The notes under the pieces are model-generated. The model was given only the letters and a program-made list of their open reading frames with translations. It was not told the DNA's origin and did no database searches. Below, in pieces: positions 48,284 to 58,662 of a stretch of DNA of 64,000 bases (positions are counted from its first letter, which is position 1; each line of letters starts with the position of its first letter). The position numbers and the translations under genes were made by a program. The stretch covers positions 32,001 to 96,000 of the forward strand of contig CAXFSR010000043.1 of assembly GCA_964005815.1 (NCBI GenBank), written 5' to 3'. This DNA comes from an uncultured Nitrospinaceae bacterium (GTDB lineage Bacteria > UBA8248).

Positions 48284-48808
48284 TTACGATGGTGTTCCAA
48301 AAGTTGCAATTCGATCAACCTCACATTCGAACAAAACTCTCTTCTCATCAATAACCGGATCCCTCAAACCATATGGAGGCTCATTCCCAGTGTATTTAAC
48401 CCAAATCTTGTCTACTTGTTCAGTTGCTTTTTCCCCACCAGGTTCACCTTCTACAATTTCATTTACAACTGTACATTTAATGCTCATCCAATGATAGGGA
48501 TTTTCGGGGTTCACCAACAATAGAGTTAATTTCGGATTTTTTCTAATCCATTCACACTTTGGACGATGTGCAGCGGTGTTAACAAGAATTTTGTCATCTT
48601 CATAATCGAACCACATCGGGGTCAGATTGGGTCTTCCGTCAGGACCTGTTATACCCAAAATAACTGTAATCGGTTTATCTAGAAGGTCTCGATAAATAGG
48701 ATCTAGATCAGAAAGACTCGAACCTTTCTTTCTATCTCCAACAGAAAACTGCCCTTCCTGCAATCCTTCAGAAACATTTTTAAAATTTGCAATTGTAAAA
48801 TCACTCAT
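48284..48808 (-). CDS. PPOX-class split-barrel oxidoreductase (possibly F420-dependent)
   Basis: DGRPNLTPMWF, VNT...R.K...RKNPKL, NPYHW, RV. Confidence 0.82.
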   Translation of the reverse strand: MSDFTIANFKNVSEGLQEGQFSVGDRKKGSSLSDLDPIYRDLLDKPITVILGITGPDGRPNLTPMWFDYEDDKILVNTAAHRPKCEWIRKNPKLTLLLVNPENPYHWMSIKCTVVNEIVEGEPGGEKATEQVDKIWVKYTGNEPPYGLRDPVIDEKRVLFECEVDRIATFGTPS

Positions 48809-48949
48809 AAGGCTCCTCCTATTTCCCTTGTTAAAAAAACAAACTCACATACCTTTATGAATCAAATAATAAGTTTCAAGAAAAGAATTATTTCAAATAT
48901 ACTTTCATTTCAATTTATAGCTTATATCCTACAATAAAGGAGAATTAAA

Positions 48950-49321
48950 ATGGAAGGAAAATATGAAAAAGGTCTAAAAAACCGAAGTAGAGTTTTTGGC
49001 GACCAAGGGGAAGAAAGACGTAAAGAATTCGAAGAAGTAAATCCTGATTTTGCAAAACTAATCACAGAAAATATATTTGGCGACTTATACGAACGCGAAG
49101 GAATGGATGACAAAACAAGAGAGATGATTATTCTTGCAATTTTATGTGCGTTAGGAAAAGAAAAAGAATTTGGATTTCATGTACATGCTGCACTTAATGT
49201 TGGCATGACAAAAGAAGAAATTCAGGAAATCTTAATGGTTTGCGCTTTTTACGCTGGAGTTCCAAACACAGTTGCCTCTACTAATTCTACTTTAAGTGTT
49301 TTCAAGGAAAGGAATATGTAG
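48950..49321 (+). CDS. Carboxymuconolactone decarboxylase family protein
   Basis: YEKGLKNR, FGDLYER.G.D.KTRE, HVHAALNVG.T.EEI.E, YAGVP. Confidence 0.88.
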   Translation: MEGKYEKGLKNRSRVFGDQGEERRKEFEEVNPDFAKLITENIFGDLYEREGMDDKTREMIILAILCALGKEKEFGFHVHAALNVGMTKEEIQEILMVCAFYAGVPNTVASTNSTLSVFKERNM

Positions 49322-49391
49322 TCAAATAACCCATCAATCTTTTGTGTGTCAAAAGGAAATAGTTTCATGAAAATGGCTGACTTGTTTATTG

Positions 49392-50000
49392 TCATTCCAT
49401 TTTGTTTAATTCTATTTCCAAATAAATATAGACAGTTTCACTAAGGACTAATCCTCCACTGTCTAAAAATCGATTCCAGGAAACATTAAAATCTTTCCTG
49501 TTAAATTTTGTTTGACCGCTAGCACCCATTTTACTTCGCCTACCCTTGCGCTTTAATTCAGAGCTGATTTCAGAGACTCTGATTTTAATTTCTTTTGTGA
49601 TACCCCTAATTTTTAAATTTCCCACCAAATCGAAGCTTTCTTTTTGTATATTCACAATCTTGGTAGAGACAAATTCAATCTTAGGATGATTTTCCACATC
49701 AAAGAAGTCGGGACTTCTTAAATGTGAATCTCTTCTCTCATTTCTTGTATCTATCGATTTAGCGTCAATAGAAACGGCAACTTTTGTTTTGGTTACATTT
49801 ACAGGATCAAATTCAACTCGCCCTTTAAAGGAACGAAATTCTCCTCTTACCCAAGAAACTCCAAGATGACGAATTTTAAATGCAACACTTGTATGACTCG
49901 AATCGATAGACCAAGAAGCAGCATGTGCAAATTGACCAAAAGACATACATAGATTCAAAAAAACGATTACACTAACGAATAAACGTATTACTTTCTTCAT
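49392..50000 (-). CDS. YceI family lipid/polyisoprenoid-binding periplasmic protein
   Basis: Signal peptide; ID..HTSV.F..RH, SIDT....RD.HLRSPDFFD, GNL.IRG.TK. Confidence 0.92.
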   Translation of the reverse strand: MKKVIRLFVSVIVFLNLCMSFGQFAHAASWSIDSSHTSVAFKIRHLGVSWVRGEFRSFKGRVEFDPVNVTKTKVAVSIDAKSIDTRNERRDSHLRSPDFFDVENHPKIEFVSTKIVNIQKESFDLVGNLKIRGITKEIKIRVSEISSELKRKGRRSKMGASGQTKFNRKDFNVSWNRFLDSGGLVLSETVYIYLEIELNKME

Positions 50001-50017
50001 TCTTCTCTCCTAGTTCT

Positions 50018-50749
50018 CTATATCTTTGTACCTTCAATACCATGCGAAGTATCTTTGGCAGTAATAAAAACATAATCCTCTTCGCCAACAATCTCTCCGG
50101 AATGGACTGCATTTGGAGGAATATGTGCAATATCGCCTGGAATCATAGTATGGACATTTCCTTCAATCTCCATTTTTGCCGAACCTCGCATGCAAATCAC
50201 AAATTGCTCATTAGGATGAGAATGTGCTTCTGCTTTAGTTCCTACAGGCATACAAAACTGTCCAAATATTACTCTTTCACCAGTTATCCAAGAACCATTT
50301 GAAGAACTATAACTGGGTCCTGCCAGTTCATCTTTCATTTCATCAATATTGTAAAAATACTGAAAATCTTTTTCCATCTTTCCTTCTTCGCTTTTCTCTA
50401 CATCAGATGGTGTGCCCTGTATCCCCCAAGCAGTATCTTTTGCTGTCACAAAAACTAAATCTTCATCTCCTAAAACTTCACCGGAATGAATAGAATTTGG
50501 AGGTTTTAGAGAAATATCGCCTGCTGTCAAATCTTTTGACTGCCCTTCGATTTTGGATCTGCTAGAACCTTTAATGATAATCACGAACTGTTCATTTGGA
50601 TGGCTATGAGAATTTGATTTTGTTCCAGCTGGCATGGTAATTTCACCAAAAATTAATCTTTCGCCAGTAACCCAGGATCCATTCGCTGAACTATACGCTT
50701 CACCTGCCATTTCGTTTGACATCTCTTTTGTCCGATAAAAATATTGCAT
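50018..50749 (-). CDS. Bicupin (internally duplicated cupin) protein
   Basis: Two closely similar halves, each with YSS.NGSW.TGER, HSHPNEQF, PPN..HSG, TAKDT; GAGGAG RBS. Confidence 0.88.
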   Translation of the reverse strand: MQYFYRTKEMSNEMAGEAYSSANGSWVTGERLIFGEITMPAGTKSNSHSHPNEQFVIIIKGSSRSKIEGQSKDLTAGDISLKPPNSIHSGEVLGDEDLVFVTAKDTAWGIQGTPSDVEKSEEGKMEKDFQYFYNIDEMKDELAGPSYSSSNGSWITGERVIFGQFCMPVGTKAEAHSHPNEQFVICMRGSAKMEIEGNVHTMIPGDIAHIPPNAVHSGEIVGEEDYVFITAKDTSHGIEGTKI

Positions 50750-50839
50750 CGAAAGACTCCTCAAGGTATGTAAATTAGATGTGTAGCAATTCTATATAAA
50801 GTAGTCTGGTTTTTCTATTTAATAATTGCCAGATGAGAT

Positions 50840-51184
50840 TTATAACGGTTTTGCGAAACTAATCTCGTTACCATCTGGATCTGTCACATGAAAATATCTC
50901 TCTCCCCATCTTGCATCAGAAGGAGACATGTCAGGTTTAATTCCCGCAGCAACAATTTTTTCATAAAAAATATTTACATCTTCTACATGAAAAATAATTC
51001 TTCCCTTTATAGTCGGGGGACAAAGTTCTTTATTCAACACGAAATTTAAAAAACAATCACCAAAAGAGAGACTTACAAAATTACCCTCTTTGCTATATTT
51101 GACCTCAAAACCCAATCTTTCATAATAAGAAACTATACACTCTATATCTTTTGTCTCTAATGTAACTGCACTAATTTTTCGCAT
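50840..51184 (-). CDS. VOC / glyoxalase family protein
   Basis: ISAVTL, YYERLGF, GRIIFHVEDV, WGERYFHVTDPDGNEISF. Confidence 0.88.
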   Translation of the reverse strand: MRKISAVTLETKDIECIVSYYERLGFEVKYSKEGNFVSLSFGDCFLNFVLNKELCPPTIKGRIIFHVEDVNIFYEKIVAAGIKPDMSPSDARWGERYFHVTDPDGNEISFAKPL

Positions 51185-51308
51185 ACGACTTAAGTATTTC
51201 TCCACTGCATTTTTAATTTTAAAAAAGTACTTAGTTCTCACCAGCAAAAAACTCCTGTAGAATAACACATTCAATTAATAACAAAAAAACAAATTTCATG
51301 AGGGAAAA

Positions 51309-51692
51309 ATGAAGATAATCAATTCCGTTGGCATCGAAAATGATGAGAATTTTGAACCTCCCTATACAATTCTATGGGGAGTGAACGATCAAACTACTGA
51401 TACAAAAGTGATGACTATGCAAAGAACTATTATTCCACCTGGCGGAAAAAACAAAATGCACAAACACACTTGTGATGCAACTTTTTACGTTGTTAGAGGA
51501 CCTATCTATGTGTATGCAGGCGACCCTGCAAATCCTGAAAAACACTTAGTAGAAGCAGGCAATTTTTGTTATGCGCCAGCAGGGGAATACCATGGACAGG
51601 AGAATCCGAGCAAAACAGAAGTAGCAGAACTCGTAGCTAGCTACGGCGGTTGTTCTCATCATGAAAAATCAGGAACAACTTTTGCTGAATAA
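51309..51692 (+). CDS. Cupin domain protein
   Basis: IPPGG...HKH...FYVVRG; AGNFCYAPAGEYHGQENP. Confidence 0.82.
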   Translation: MKIINSVGIENDENFEPPYTILWGVNDQTTDTKVMTMQRTIIPPGGKNKMHKHTCDATFYVVRGPIYVYAGDPANPEKHLVEAGNFCYAPAGEYHGQENPSKTEVAELVASYGGCSHHEKSGTTFAE

Positions 51693-51716
51693 AAAAAACA
51701 GTATAAACCCTGAATA

Positions 51717-53474
51717 CTACGACACAAATGGAAGTAGCAGATAAGGCTTATGCTCAGGTCCAGAATGCAAAGTTACCTTTTTCCCAAAAATTTCAGGTGG
51801 CCTATCTTTGGGATCATTGTGATAAAACAACGCAACACCCGTAAATGGCTCTTTCATATTCGACAATCCACCTGAGTGTCCACCAGGATATACATAATCT
51901 TTTCCACGAACAGAAAGACCTATTCTATATCCCTCTGGCACCACCACACATGAAGGCCAAATCTCAATATCTAATTCATATATCTCACCTGGATTCAGAG
52001 GTTGTATTTCATCATGCGTATGATAAGGCCTATAAGGCAAAGTAAGTTCTTCGTCTAGTTTCCTATGAGAAGCTCTCAGCCACCCCTGTGCAATCGGCGT
52101 ATGAGGATCAACAGCACCTACGAATGTAATTTCTTTCATATCCGGAGAAAAAAGACGAACGACGAGGAAGAAATCTGCATCATTCGTTTCAGAAGAAATG
52201 AACAATTTAGAAGCCATAGGACCTGTCAGTTCTGTTTCCTTTTCGAATGGTTGAGTTAAGAAAATCAAACCGTCACTAAATCCATCGTAACTAGCAGAGG
52301 AACTCTCCGAAGGGGAATCCTCTCCCAAACTATAATTAGAAGTGTCAAGATAAAACTTCTTCCAATCTGTTCTAGCCAATGGCCATTCATTTTCTTCTCT
52401 TGGCACAAACTTTTCACCTACATGACGTACTTGCAAGAAGACTTTAGATTGTTTCTCCCAACCAGAATCTTCACCTTTCAAGAAATGATTAAAGAATTTC
52501 AACTGCATTTCTCTTCCGTAGTCTGTATAAAAGTGCGTCCAATGTTCTATCCCATGTACTTCTAGCCATTTTTCCTCAGAAGCACTTCGCACATAACCTT
52601 CAAAGTTTCCGCGCGGGTGTAGTCCCTGTCCACCCCAATTCGCAGTAGATAGAAACGGCACCTTTATCTTTGAAAAATCAGGCATTCTTGAAGTCCAATA
52701 TTCATCCGTATCGAGTTTATTTGCTAAGACATCATCACCAAAATCATTACGATTTGCTCCAAGTTCTTCTGGACTTAACGTAATCGGCCCAGAGACCAGA
52801 TCCCCATTCATCTTACTTACAAATCCACGTTCACCTAAACCATGCTGCACTGTATAAACCTGCATCTCAGACCAGGTTCTTGAAAAACCGTTGCAAAAAA
52901 TTCCGCCATGATGTCCCATATCTCTATAAAAATCTGCTGCACCTTCCCATATACACATAGCAGCTAAATGTGAAGGTTGAAGGGCTGCGACCTGCCATTG
53001 GTTTTCGGCGTAATAGGAAATTCCATTCAACCCTACTTTACCGTTAGACCACTCCTGCACCCCGCCCCATTCAATACAATCATGTAAATCTTTCGCTTCC
53101 CTAGCAGACCAAATATCAATTACTCCAGGAGAGCGTCCACAACCTCTAGAGTCAACTCGAACTATCGCATATTTTTCAGGAACCCATTTTTCTGGATCTA
53201 CCACTTCCCAGTTTTGATATTTGTTAGTAGAACCTGCCGTTACATCAGGATGTTTTTCTGCCATCAAATCCCATGCAGATGCATACAGATCTTGAAATAG
53301 AAGATATTTTCCGTAAGGACCATATGTCATTAAAACAGGATATTTTCCATCTTCGATTGGACGATACACATCACAACGTAAAACGAGACCATCATCCACT
53401 GTGATCGGAACATCCCAATCAATTCTCATTCCATCTCTGATTTCTGTTTTCGATTGACTATCTAGATAACTCAT
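51717..53474 (-). CDS. CocE/NonD family hydrolase (peptidase S15)
   Basis: DVYRP, GPYGK, DSRGCGRSPG, WSNGKVG, nucleophile motif GISYY, GWLRASHR. Confidence 0.9.
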   Translation of the reverse strand: MSYLDSQSKTEIRDGMRIDWDVPITVDDGLVLRCDVYRPIEDGKYPVLMTYGPYGKYLLFQDLYASAWDLMAEKHPDVTAGSTNKYQNWEVVDPEKWVPEKYAIVRVDSRGCGRSPGVIDIWSAREAKDLHDCIEWGGVQEWSNGKVGLNGISYYAENQWQVAALQPSHLAAMCIWEGAADFYRDMGHHGGIFCNGFSRTWSEMQVYTVQHGLGERGFVSKMNGDLVSGPITLSPEELGANRNDFGDDVLANKLDTDEYWTSRMPDFSKIKVPFLSTANWGGQGLHPRGNFEGYVRSASEEKWLEVHGIEHWTHFYTDYGREMQLKFFNHFLKGEDSGWEKQSKVFLQVRHVGEKFVPREENEWPLARTDWKKFYLDTSNYSLGEDSPSESSSASYDGFSDGLIFLTQPFEKETELTGPMASKLFISSETNDADFFLVVRLFSPDMKEITFVGAVDPHTPIAQGWLRASHRKLDEELTLPYRPYHTHDEIQPLNPGEIYELDIEIWPSCVVVPEGYRIGLSVRGKDYVYPGGHSGGLSNMKEPFTGVALFYHNDPKDRPPEIFGKKVTLHSGPEHKPYLLLPFVS

Positions 53475-53639
53475 AAAAAAGCCTCCACGATTTTTCATAA
53501 ATTAGTCGAAAAATCAAAAAAGTAATTGTTTTTTAAGAAATTTACATAACGATTTTACCAACTAAACAAGTTTCATCAAATGAATTTAATTAAAAATATG
53601 ATAGAATGATATTTATTCGACTACTAGGAATGGCAATCC

Positions 53640-54014
53640 ATGGACAAAAAACAAGAGATCACCGAAAGACCTCCCTATATACCAGGCACATCGGAAGAAT
53701 TAGATGCTGTAGCGGCAGCTCCATCTAATCATGAAGTTCTGATTGAAAATGAAAAAGTACGTGTTGTGAGAGTCACTATTGAGCCCGGGGAACTTGAGAA
53801 AATGCATACTCACAAATATCACAGCGTTTTTATTGTAAATAGTCTTCCTGAAATAAACTACTACGATGAAAAGATGAGAAAAGTAAAATTGGCGGGAAGA
53901 AGACAAGCGGGAATTCCGAGATATCTTGAGCCAGAAGGAGTGCATGCGGTAGAAAATGTCGGTGACAAACTATTTGATGGAATACGCATAGAACTAAAAG
54001 AAGAAATGCACTAA
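53640..54014 (+). CDS. Cupin-like protein
   Basis: ENEKVRV, IEPGE...HTH, VHAVENVG, IRIELK. Confidence 0.75.
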   Translation: MDKKQEITERPPYIPGTSEELDAVAAAPSNHEVLIENEKVRVVRVTIEPGELEKMHTHKYHSVFIVNSLPEINYYDEKMRKVKLAGRRQAGIPRYLEPEGVHAVENVGDKLFDGIRIELKEEMH

Positions 54015-55183
54015 GAATTTCCACATGAATTCTTAATTTTTTTCTTTATCCACTTCCTTGCAAGAACGTTAGCTGTTTTAATCTGTTCCTCAGACATTCC
54101 CGGTTCTATTTTATTTTTCTTGACATCATAAGAATTACTATGTTCTTCAAAATTTCTGGAAAAAAACCACGCAATGTCATTCCAAAAATGTGCTTGAATT
54201 AGATCTTTTTTGATACCTTTTCCGCTTAAATAGATCCCAACCATTTCAGGATATGCTTGATAGATACATTTTTCTGCAATTTTGTGAAACCACTTCATTG
54301 CTTTTTGATTATTTTTTAAAACCCCTTTTCCTTTTGCATACATCATACCGAATACCATTTCTGCAGGCGGGTAACCTATAGCCGCTGCTTTTTGAAACCA
54401 CTCTATTGCTTTCTTTTGATCTTTCTCTACTCCTTCTCCATATTGATATATGTATCCCAATTTAAATTGATGAACTACAGAACCTGCTAATGCACCTTTT
54501 TTATGTATCACATACCTTTTCTTCAAATCCCTCATAACGTAATTATCATCTCCGTTATAATAGGCATCTGCGAGTTTATCCATCGCTTCAATATTTCCTT
54601 GGTTTGCAGATTTTTTGTACCATTCAAACGCATCTCTTTTCCATCTTCTGATCAAATTCATAGAATCATAAACATCACCCAATAAAAGCTGGGCTTCCGG
54701 ATTTCCATTTCGAGCATGTTCTATCAAACGTCTTCTTGCAATTATCGGATTGCCATCTTTTAACCATCCATCAAGTGCCACTTTTATAGATTTCACCACT
54801 TCATCAGAATACTTTTTCCTAGGAATTATATATCGAGGGAATTCATTTTTTCTTAACCACTTTCTTAAACTCCACATTAAGTTGAATTGCAACTTGTAAA
54901 GATCATCTTGAAAATCAATAAATGCTTTTGGAGTCGCGTAAACTTGGCGCTCATATTCTTTCCTTTCCCTTTCTCTCTCGGCTTCTCTTTTCTGTCTTTC
55001 AATCCTTTCTTGTTCAGAAAGCTTTGCCAATGACTCAATCCTAGTTTCCCTTGAATTATTCCATTTTTCAGCGTCTGTTTTAGGAAATGGATTTTTAGGC
55101 AATTCATCTGAACAAGAATTAAGAAATGCTAAGAAAAGCAAGAAACAAACAGAAATAATACGATAACTATATTTCTTAAACAT
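54011..55183 (-). CDS. Sel1-like repeat protein, probable lipoprotein
   Basis: Lipobox-like FLNSC; repeats AFEWYKKSANQGN, LGYIYQYGEGVEKD.KKAIEWF.KAA, GMMYAKGKGV. Confidence 0.82.
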   Translation of the reverse strand: MFKKYSYRIISVCFLLFLAFLNSCSDELPKNPFPKTDAEKWNNSRETRIESLAKLSEQERIERQKREAERERERKEYERQVYATPKAFIDFQDDLYKLQFNLMWSLRKWLRKNEFPRYIIPRKKYSDEVVKSIKVALDGWLKDGNPIIARRRLIEHARNGNPEAQLLLGDVYDSMNLIRRWKRDAFEWYKKSANQGNIEAMDKLADAYYNGDDNYVMRDLKKRYVIHKKGALAGSVVHQFKLGYIYQYGEGVEKDQKKAIEWFQKAAAIGYPPAEMVFGMMYAKGKGVLKNNQKAMKWFHKIAEKCIYQAYPEMVGIYLSGKGIKKDLIQAHFWNDIAWFFSRNFEEHSNSYDVKKNKIEPGMSEEQIKTANVLARKWIKKKIKNSCGNS

Positions 55184-55313
55184 TTTCCCCTCATGAAATA
55201 TCAATCTGTTTGCTAGCATACCATTCAAACATGAAGAGATTATGAATATTTATCATTTAAAATACATAAAGTGTTTTCTTGATAAAGATTGCATGGTATT
55301 GTTTTATATTGCA

Positions 55314-56198
55314 TTATCTTCCATAAACAACAAAATAAGCCCCAGCTAGAGCTAATACGGCTCCTGCAAAAACTCGATAGGTAAGCTTTTCCTGTTCCCT
55401 AAAAAAACACCAGGTTAAAAACACGATTAGGAGAATAGACAGACGACTCAAAGGAATGATTTGCGTCACATTTCCCAATTTCATAGCAGACCAAAAACAA
55501 AGAATAGCAAGTGACTGCGAAAGGGCTCCAAAAAAAATCACTATAAATCCTTTTTTGTCCCACTCTCTCATACTCGAAGCTTTACGAAACGGAATCATAA
55601 AAATAAATATACTAAAACAAGTTGTATTGGATATCGCCATACCAAAAGTTGAAGAAGGAATATAAGAAAATGCAGTTTTCCCGCTTAAATGAGAAAAGGA
55701 ATACATAAGTGCAGAAAGTGCTGGCACAATATAATAATAGATAGGAATTTTTTTCTTTCCAACATTTTTACCATCATAAACAACAAGCATAGAACTTAAC
55801 ATTATGAATCCTGTACCTATCGCTTTCAAAATGGTCATATCTTCACCTAACACAAAGACAGCTAAAAGAGCTGACCAAATCAGTACGGTCTGCGCAACAA
55901 TCGTAGAACGGGCTAGTCCTGTAAGTTTAATACCAATAAGATTAATGTACCGTCCAGCAAAAGGACCAAAAAGGCCTACAGCCATAAAGAAAAATATACC
56001 TTCCCAGGGAAATGCAACTGGAACTATATCCAGATTATAGAAAAGCCAACCGAAGGAAGCAGTAACGATCGCCAAAATGAAATTGGCAAACAATGCGCTC
56101 ATTCTGTCTACAACATATCGCTGAGACAATCTCGTAAAAGATACAAAAACTGCAGAAAGGAGAGCAAGAATATTTGGATGAAAAAAATCTAGCAACAT
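55314..56198 (-). CDS. EamA/DMT family transporter (triplet copy 1)
   Basis: About 10 TM; HPNILALLSA, TGLARS, IPLSRLS, EKLTYRVF. Confidence 0.88.
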   Translation of the reverse strand: MLLDFFHPNILALLSAVFVSFTRLSQRYVVDRMSALFANFILAIVTASFGWLFYNLDIVPVAFPWEGIFFFMAVGLFGPFAGRYINLIGIKLTGLARSTIVAQTVLIWSALLAVFVLGEDMTILKAIGTGFIMLSSMLVVYDGKNVGKKKIPIYYYIVPALSALMYSFSHLSGKTAFSYIPSSTFGMAISNTTCFSIFIFMIPFRKASSMREWDKKGFIVIFFGALSQSLAILCFWSAMKLGNVTQIIPLSRLSILLIVFLTWCFFREQEKLTYRVFAGAVLALAGAYFVVYGR

Positions 56199-56207
56199 AA
56201 ATTCTAT

Positions 56208-57092
56208 CTACTTTCCATAGACAACACCGTATGCGCCTGCTAGAGCTAATAGAGCACCAATAAAAACTCTATACGTTAGCTTTTCCTCTTTTCTAAAGAA
56301 AAGCCAAGTCAGAAAGACGATAAGAAGTATTGACAGACGACTCAAAGGAATAACTTGTGTCATGTTTCCTAATTTCATTGCAGACCAAAAACAAAGAATA
56401 GCAAGTGACTGTGTAACCGAACCGAGTAATATAAAGATAAACCCTTTTTTACTTTCTTTTTTTAAAACACCATCCTTACGAAATGGAAGCATGAAAAGGA
56501 GAATACTCAAACAAGTTGTACTGGATATTGCCATACCAAAGGTAGAAGAAGGAATAAAAGAGAAAGCAGTCTTTCCAATCAAATGCGAAAAGGCATACAT
56601 AAGAGCAGAAAGAGCTGGCACAAGATAATAATAGATAGGAATCTTTTTTTTCTCGTCAGACTTTCCATCATAAACGACAAGCATAGAACTCAACATGATC
56701 AATCCTGTGCCTATGACATTCAAAACAGTCATCCCTTCCCCAAGTACAAAAACAGCAAACAGTGCTGACCAAACAAGTACCGTCTGCGCAACAATCGTAG
56801 ATCTGGCCAGTCCTGTAAGTTTTATAGCGAACAGATAGATGTAACGGCCTGCAAAAGGACTAAAGAAACCTACAGCCATAAACAAGAAAATACCTTCCCA
56901 AGGAAAAGAAAGAGGAACTATATCTAAAGAATAGAAAAACCAACCAAAAACACCGGTAACAATCGAAAAAACAAGATTAATCCAAAACTCGCTTATTCTA
57001 TCCAATGCATAACGTTGAGTTATCCTCGTGCAAGATACAAAAATTGCAGAAAGAAGCGCAAGAATATTTGGGTGAATGATATCTAACAACAT
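56208..57092 (-). CDS. EamA/DMT family transporter (triplet copy 2)
   Basis: Collinear with copy 1, same length (294 aa). Confidence 0.88.
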   Translation of the reverse strand: MLLDIIHPNILALLSAIFVSCTRITQRYALDRISEFWINLVFSIVTGVFGWFFYSLDIVPLSFPWEGIFLFMAVGFFSPFAGRYIYLFAIKLTGLARSTIVAQTVLVWSALFAVFVLGEGMTVLNVIGTGLIMLSSMLVVYDGKSDEKKKIPIYYYLVPALSALMYAFSHLIGKTAFSFIPSSTFGMAISSTTCLSILLFMLPFRKDGVLKKESKKGFIFILLGSVTQSLAILCFWSAMKLGNMTQVIPLSRLSILLIVFLTWLFFRKEEKLTYRVFIGALLALAGAYGVVYGK

Positions 57093-57155
57093 AAATTCAT
57101 TTCACTTTCTTTCATATAAGAAACACTCATAAATGCTCTCGTCTTTACCAAGACT

Positions 57156-58049
57156 TTACCTTCCATACACAACTCCATAAGCACCTACCAAGGCTAAAAC
57201 TGCACCAACAAAAACTCGATACGTTAGTTTTTCCTGTTCTCGAAAGAAATACCAGGTTAGAAATACAATGATAAGTAGAGACAAACGACTCAATGGGATA
57301 ATTTGCGTAATCTTTCCGGATTTCATTGCAGACCAAAAACACAAAATTCCAAATGATTGAGAAATAGCGCCGAAAAGAAGCATAAGAAAACCTTTTTTGT
57401 CCCACTCTTTCAATCTCCCAGCCTGATGGAATGGAATCATAAAGATCAATAAACTTAAAGAAGTAGTGTTAGATATAGCCATGCCAAAAGAAGATGAGTC
57501 AATCATAGAAAAAGCAACTTTACCCGTCAGATGGGCAAAAGCATACATTAGTGCTGAGAGTGCGGGCACTAGATAATAATAGATAGGAATCCTTCTTTTC
57601 CCCGATGACTTTCCATCATAAACAATCATCATTGAACTAAACATAATCAAGGCAGTCCCTAGTGCAATTGGCAATGTCATTTCTTCTCCAAGACCAAAAA
57701 CCGCAAATAAAGCAGACCATATCAATACCGTTTGTGCAACGATGGCCGCCCTAGCAAGTCCAGTAAGGCTAAGAGCAAGAAGATTACAATAACGTCCCGC
57801 AAACGCACCAAAAAAACCTACTGCCATAAACCATAAAACTCCTTCAAAAGTAATATTTAACGCAGGGATATCAATAGAATAAAAAATCCAGCCAAAAAGT
57901 GCAGTAACAATCGCCATAATCAAATTTGCAAAAAGAGCACTCATTCTTACTACTGCATAGCGTTGTGCCACTCTTGCAAATGAAATAAACGTCGCTGAAA
58001 GAAGTGCAAGAATATTCGGATGTAGAAAGTCAAGTAACATAATATCCAA
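57156..58049 (-). CDS. EamA/DMT family transporter (triplet copy 3)
   Basis: Collinear with copies 1 and 2; likely start at MLLDF (58040). Confidence 0.88.
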   Translation of the reverse strand: MDIMLLDFLHPNILALLSATFISFARVAQRYAVVRMSALFANLIMAIVTALFGWIFYSIDIPALNITFEGVLWFMAVGFFGAFAGRYCNLLALSLTGLARAAIVAQTVLIWSALFAVFGLGEEMTLPIALGTALIMFSSMMIVYDGKSSGKRRIPIYYYLVPALSALMYAFAHLTGKVAFSMIDSSSFGMAISNTTSLSLLIFMIPFHQAGRLKEWDKKGFLMLLFGAISQSFGILCFWSAMKSGKITQIIPLSRLSLLIIVFLTWYFFREQEKLTYRVFVGAVLALVGAYGVVYGR

Positions 58050-58125
58050 TCTTGTGCATGAAGATATTTTTTTTATAGTGCAAATGATTTAGAATGCAAA
58101 CATCTAATAAATGAAAGAAAATTAA

Positions 58126-58647
58126 ATGACAAAAATAACAAAAATATTACTCGCTTCTTTCTTTATAGTACTTATCTACACAACATACGGATTTTCTGAG
58201 TCCAACAACGAAGAGCGTGAAACTAGAATTGCACTAACAGCATATAAAGCAGGCGATTATACAACTGCCCTAAAAAAATGGCGAATGCTTTCTGAATATG
58301 GAAATTCTGAGGCCCAATATCGTTTATGTACAATTTACCGAAGAGCACACGGAGTTAAGAAAAACATCAAGAAAGCCTTTGAATATTGTAATAAATCAGC
58401 AAAACAAGGTCATGTTCTCGCTCAAGTTAGACTGGGACTAATGTACAAAAAAGGAGAAGGAACAAATAAGAATTTTATCTTTGCTCTTAAGTGGCTCGAT
58501 ATTGCCAGCAACAAAAAAAATAGTTTTGCCAACAAAATGAGTAAAAAATTAAAGAAAAAAATGAAATTTCCTGAAATTCAAAAATCTTTAGAATTATCAT
58601 CAAAATGGAAAAGAAAGAACAACAAGTTATCTTGTGACATAAAATAA
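58126..58647 (+). CDS. Exported Sel1-like repeat protein
   Basis: Signal peptide; GDYTTALK.W, GNSEAQY.L, SAKQGHVLAQ.RLGLMY..GEG. Confidence 0.85.
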   Translation: MTKITKILLASFFIVLIYTTYGFSESNNEERETRIALTAYKAGDYTTALKKWRMLSEYGNSEAQYRLCTIYRRAHGVKKNIKKAFEYCNKSAKQGHVLAQVRLGLMYKKGEGTNKNFIFALKWLDIASNKKNSFANKMSKKLKKKMKFPEIQKSLELSSKWKRKNNKLSCDIK

Positions 58648-58662
58648 AAATGGAGTCAGGCA

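Noticed and set aside
57145..57405. 86-aa ORF as a possible frameshifted fourth DMT fragment
   Set aside because: Alternative reading frame within an intact DMT gene, with no DMT motifs
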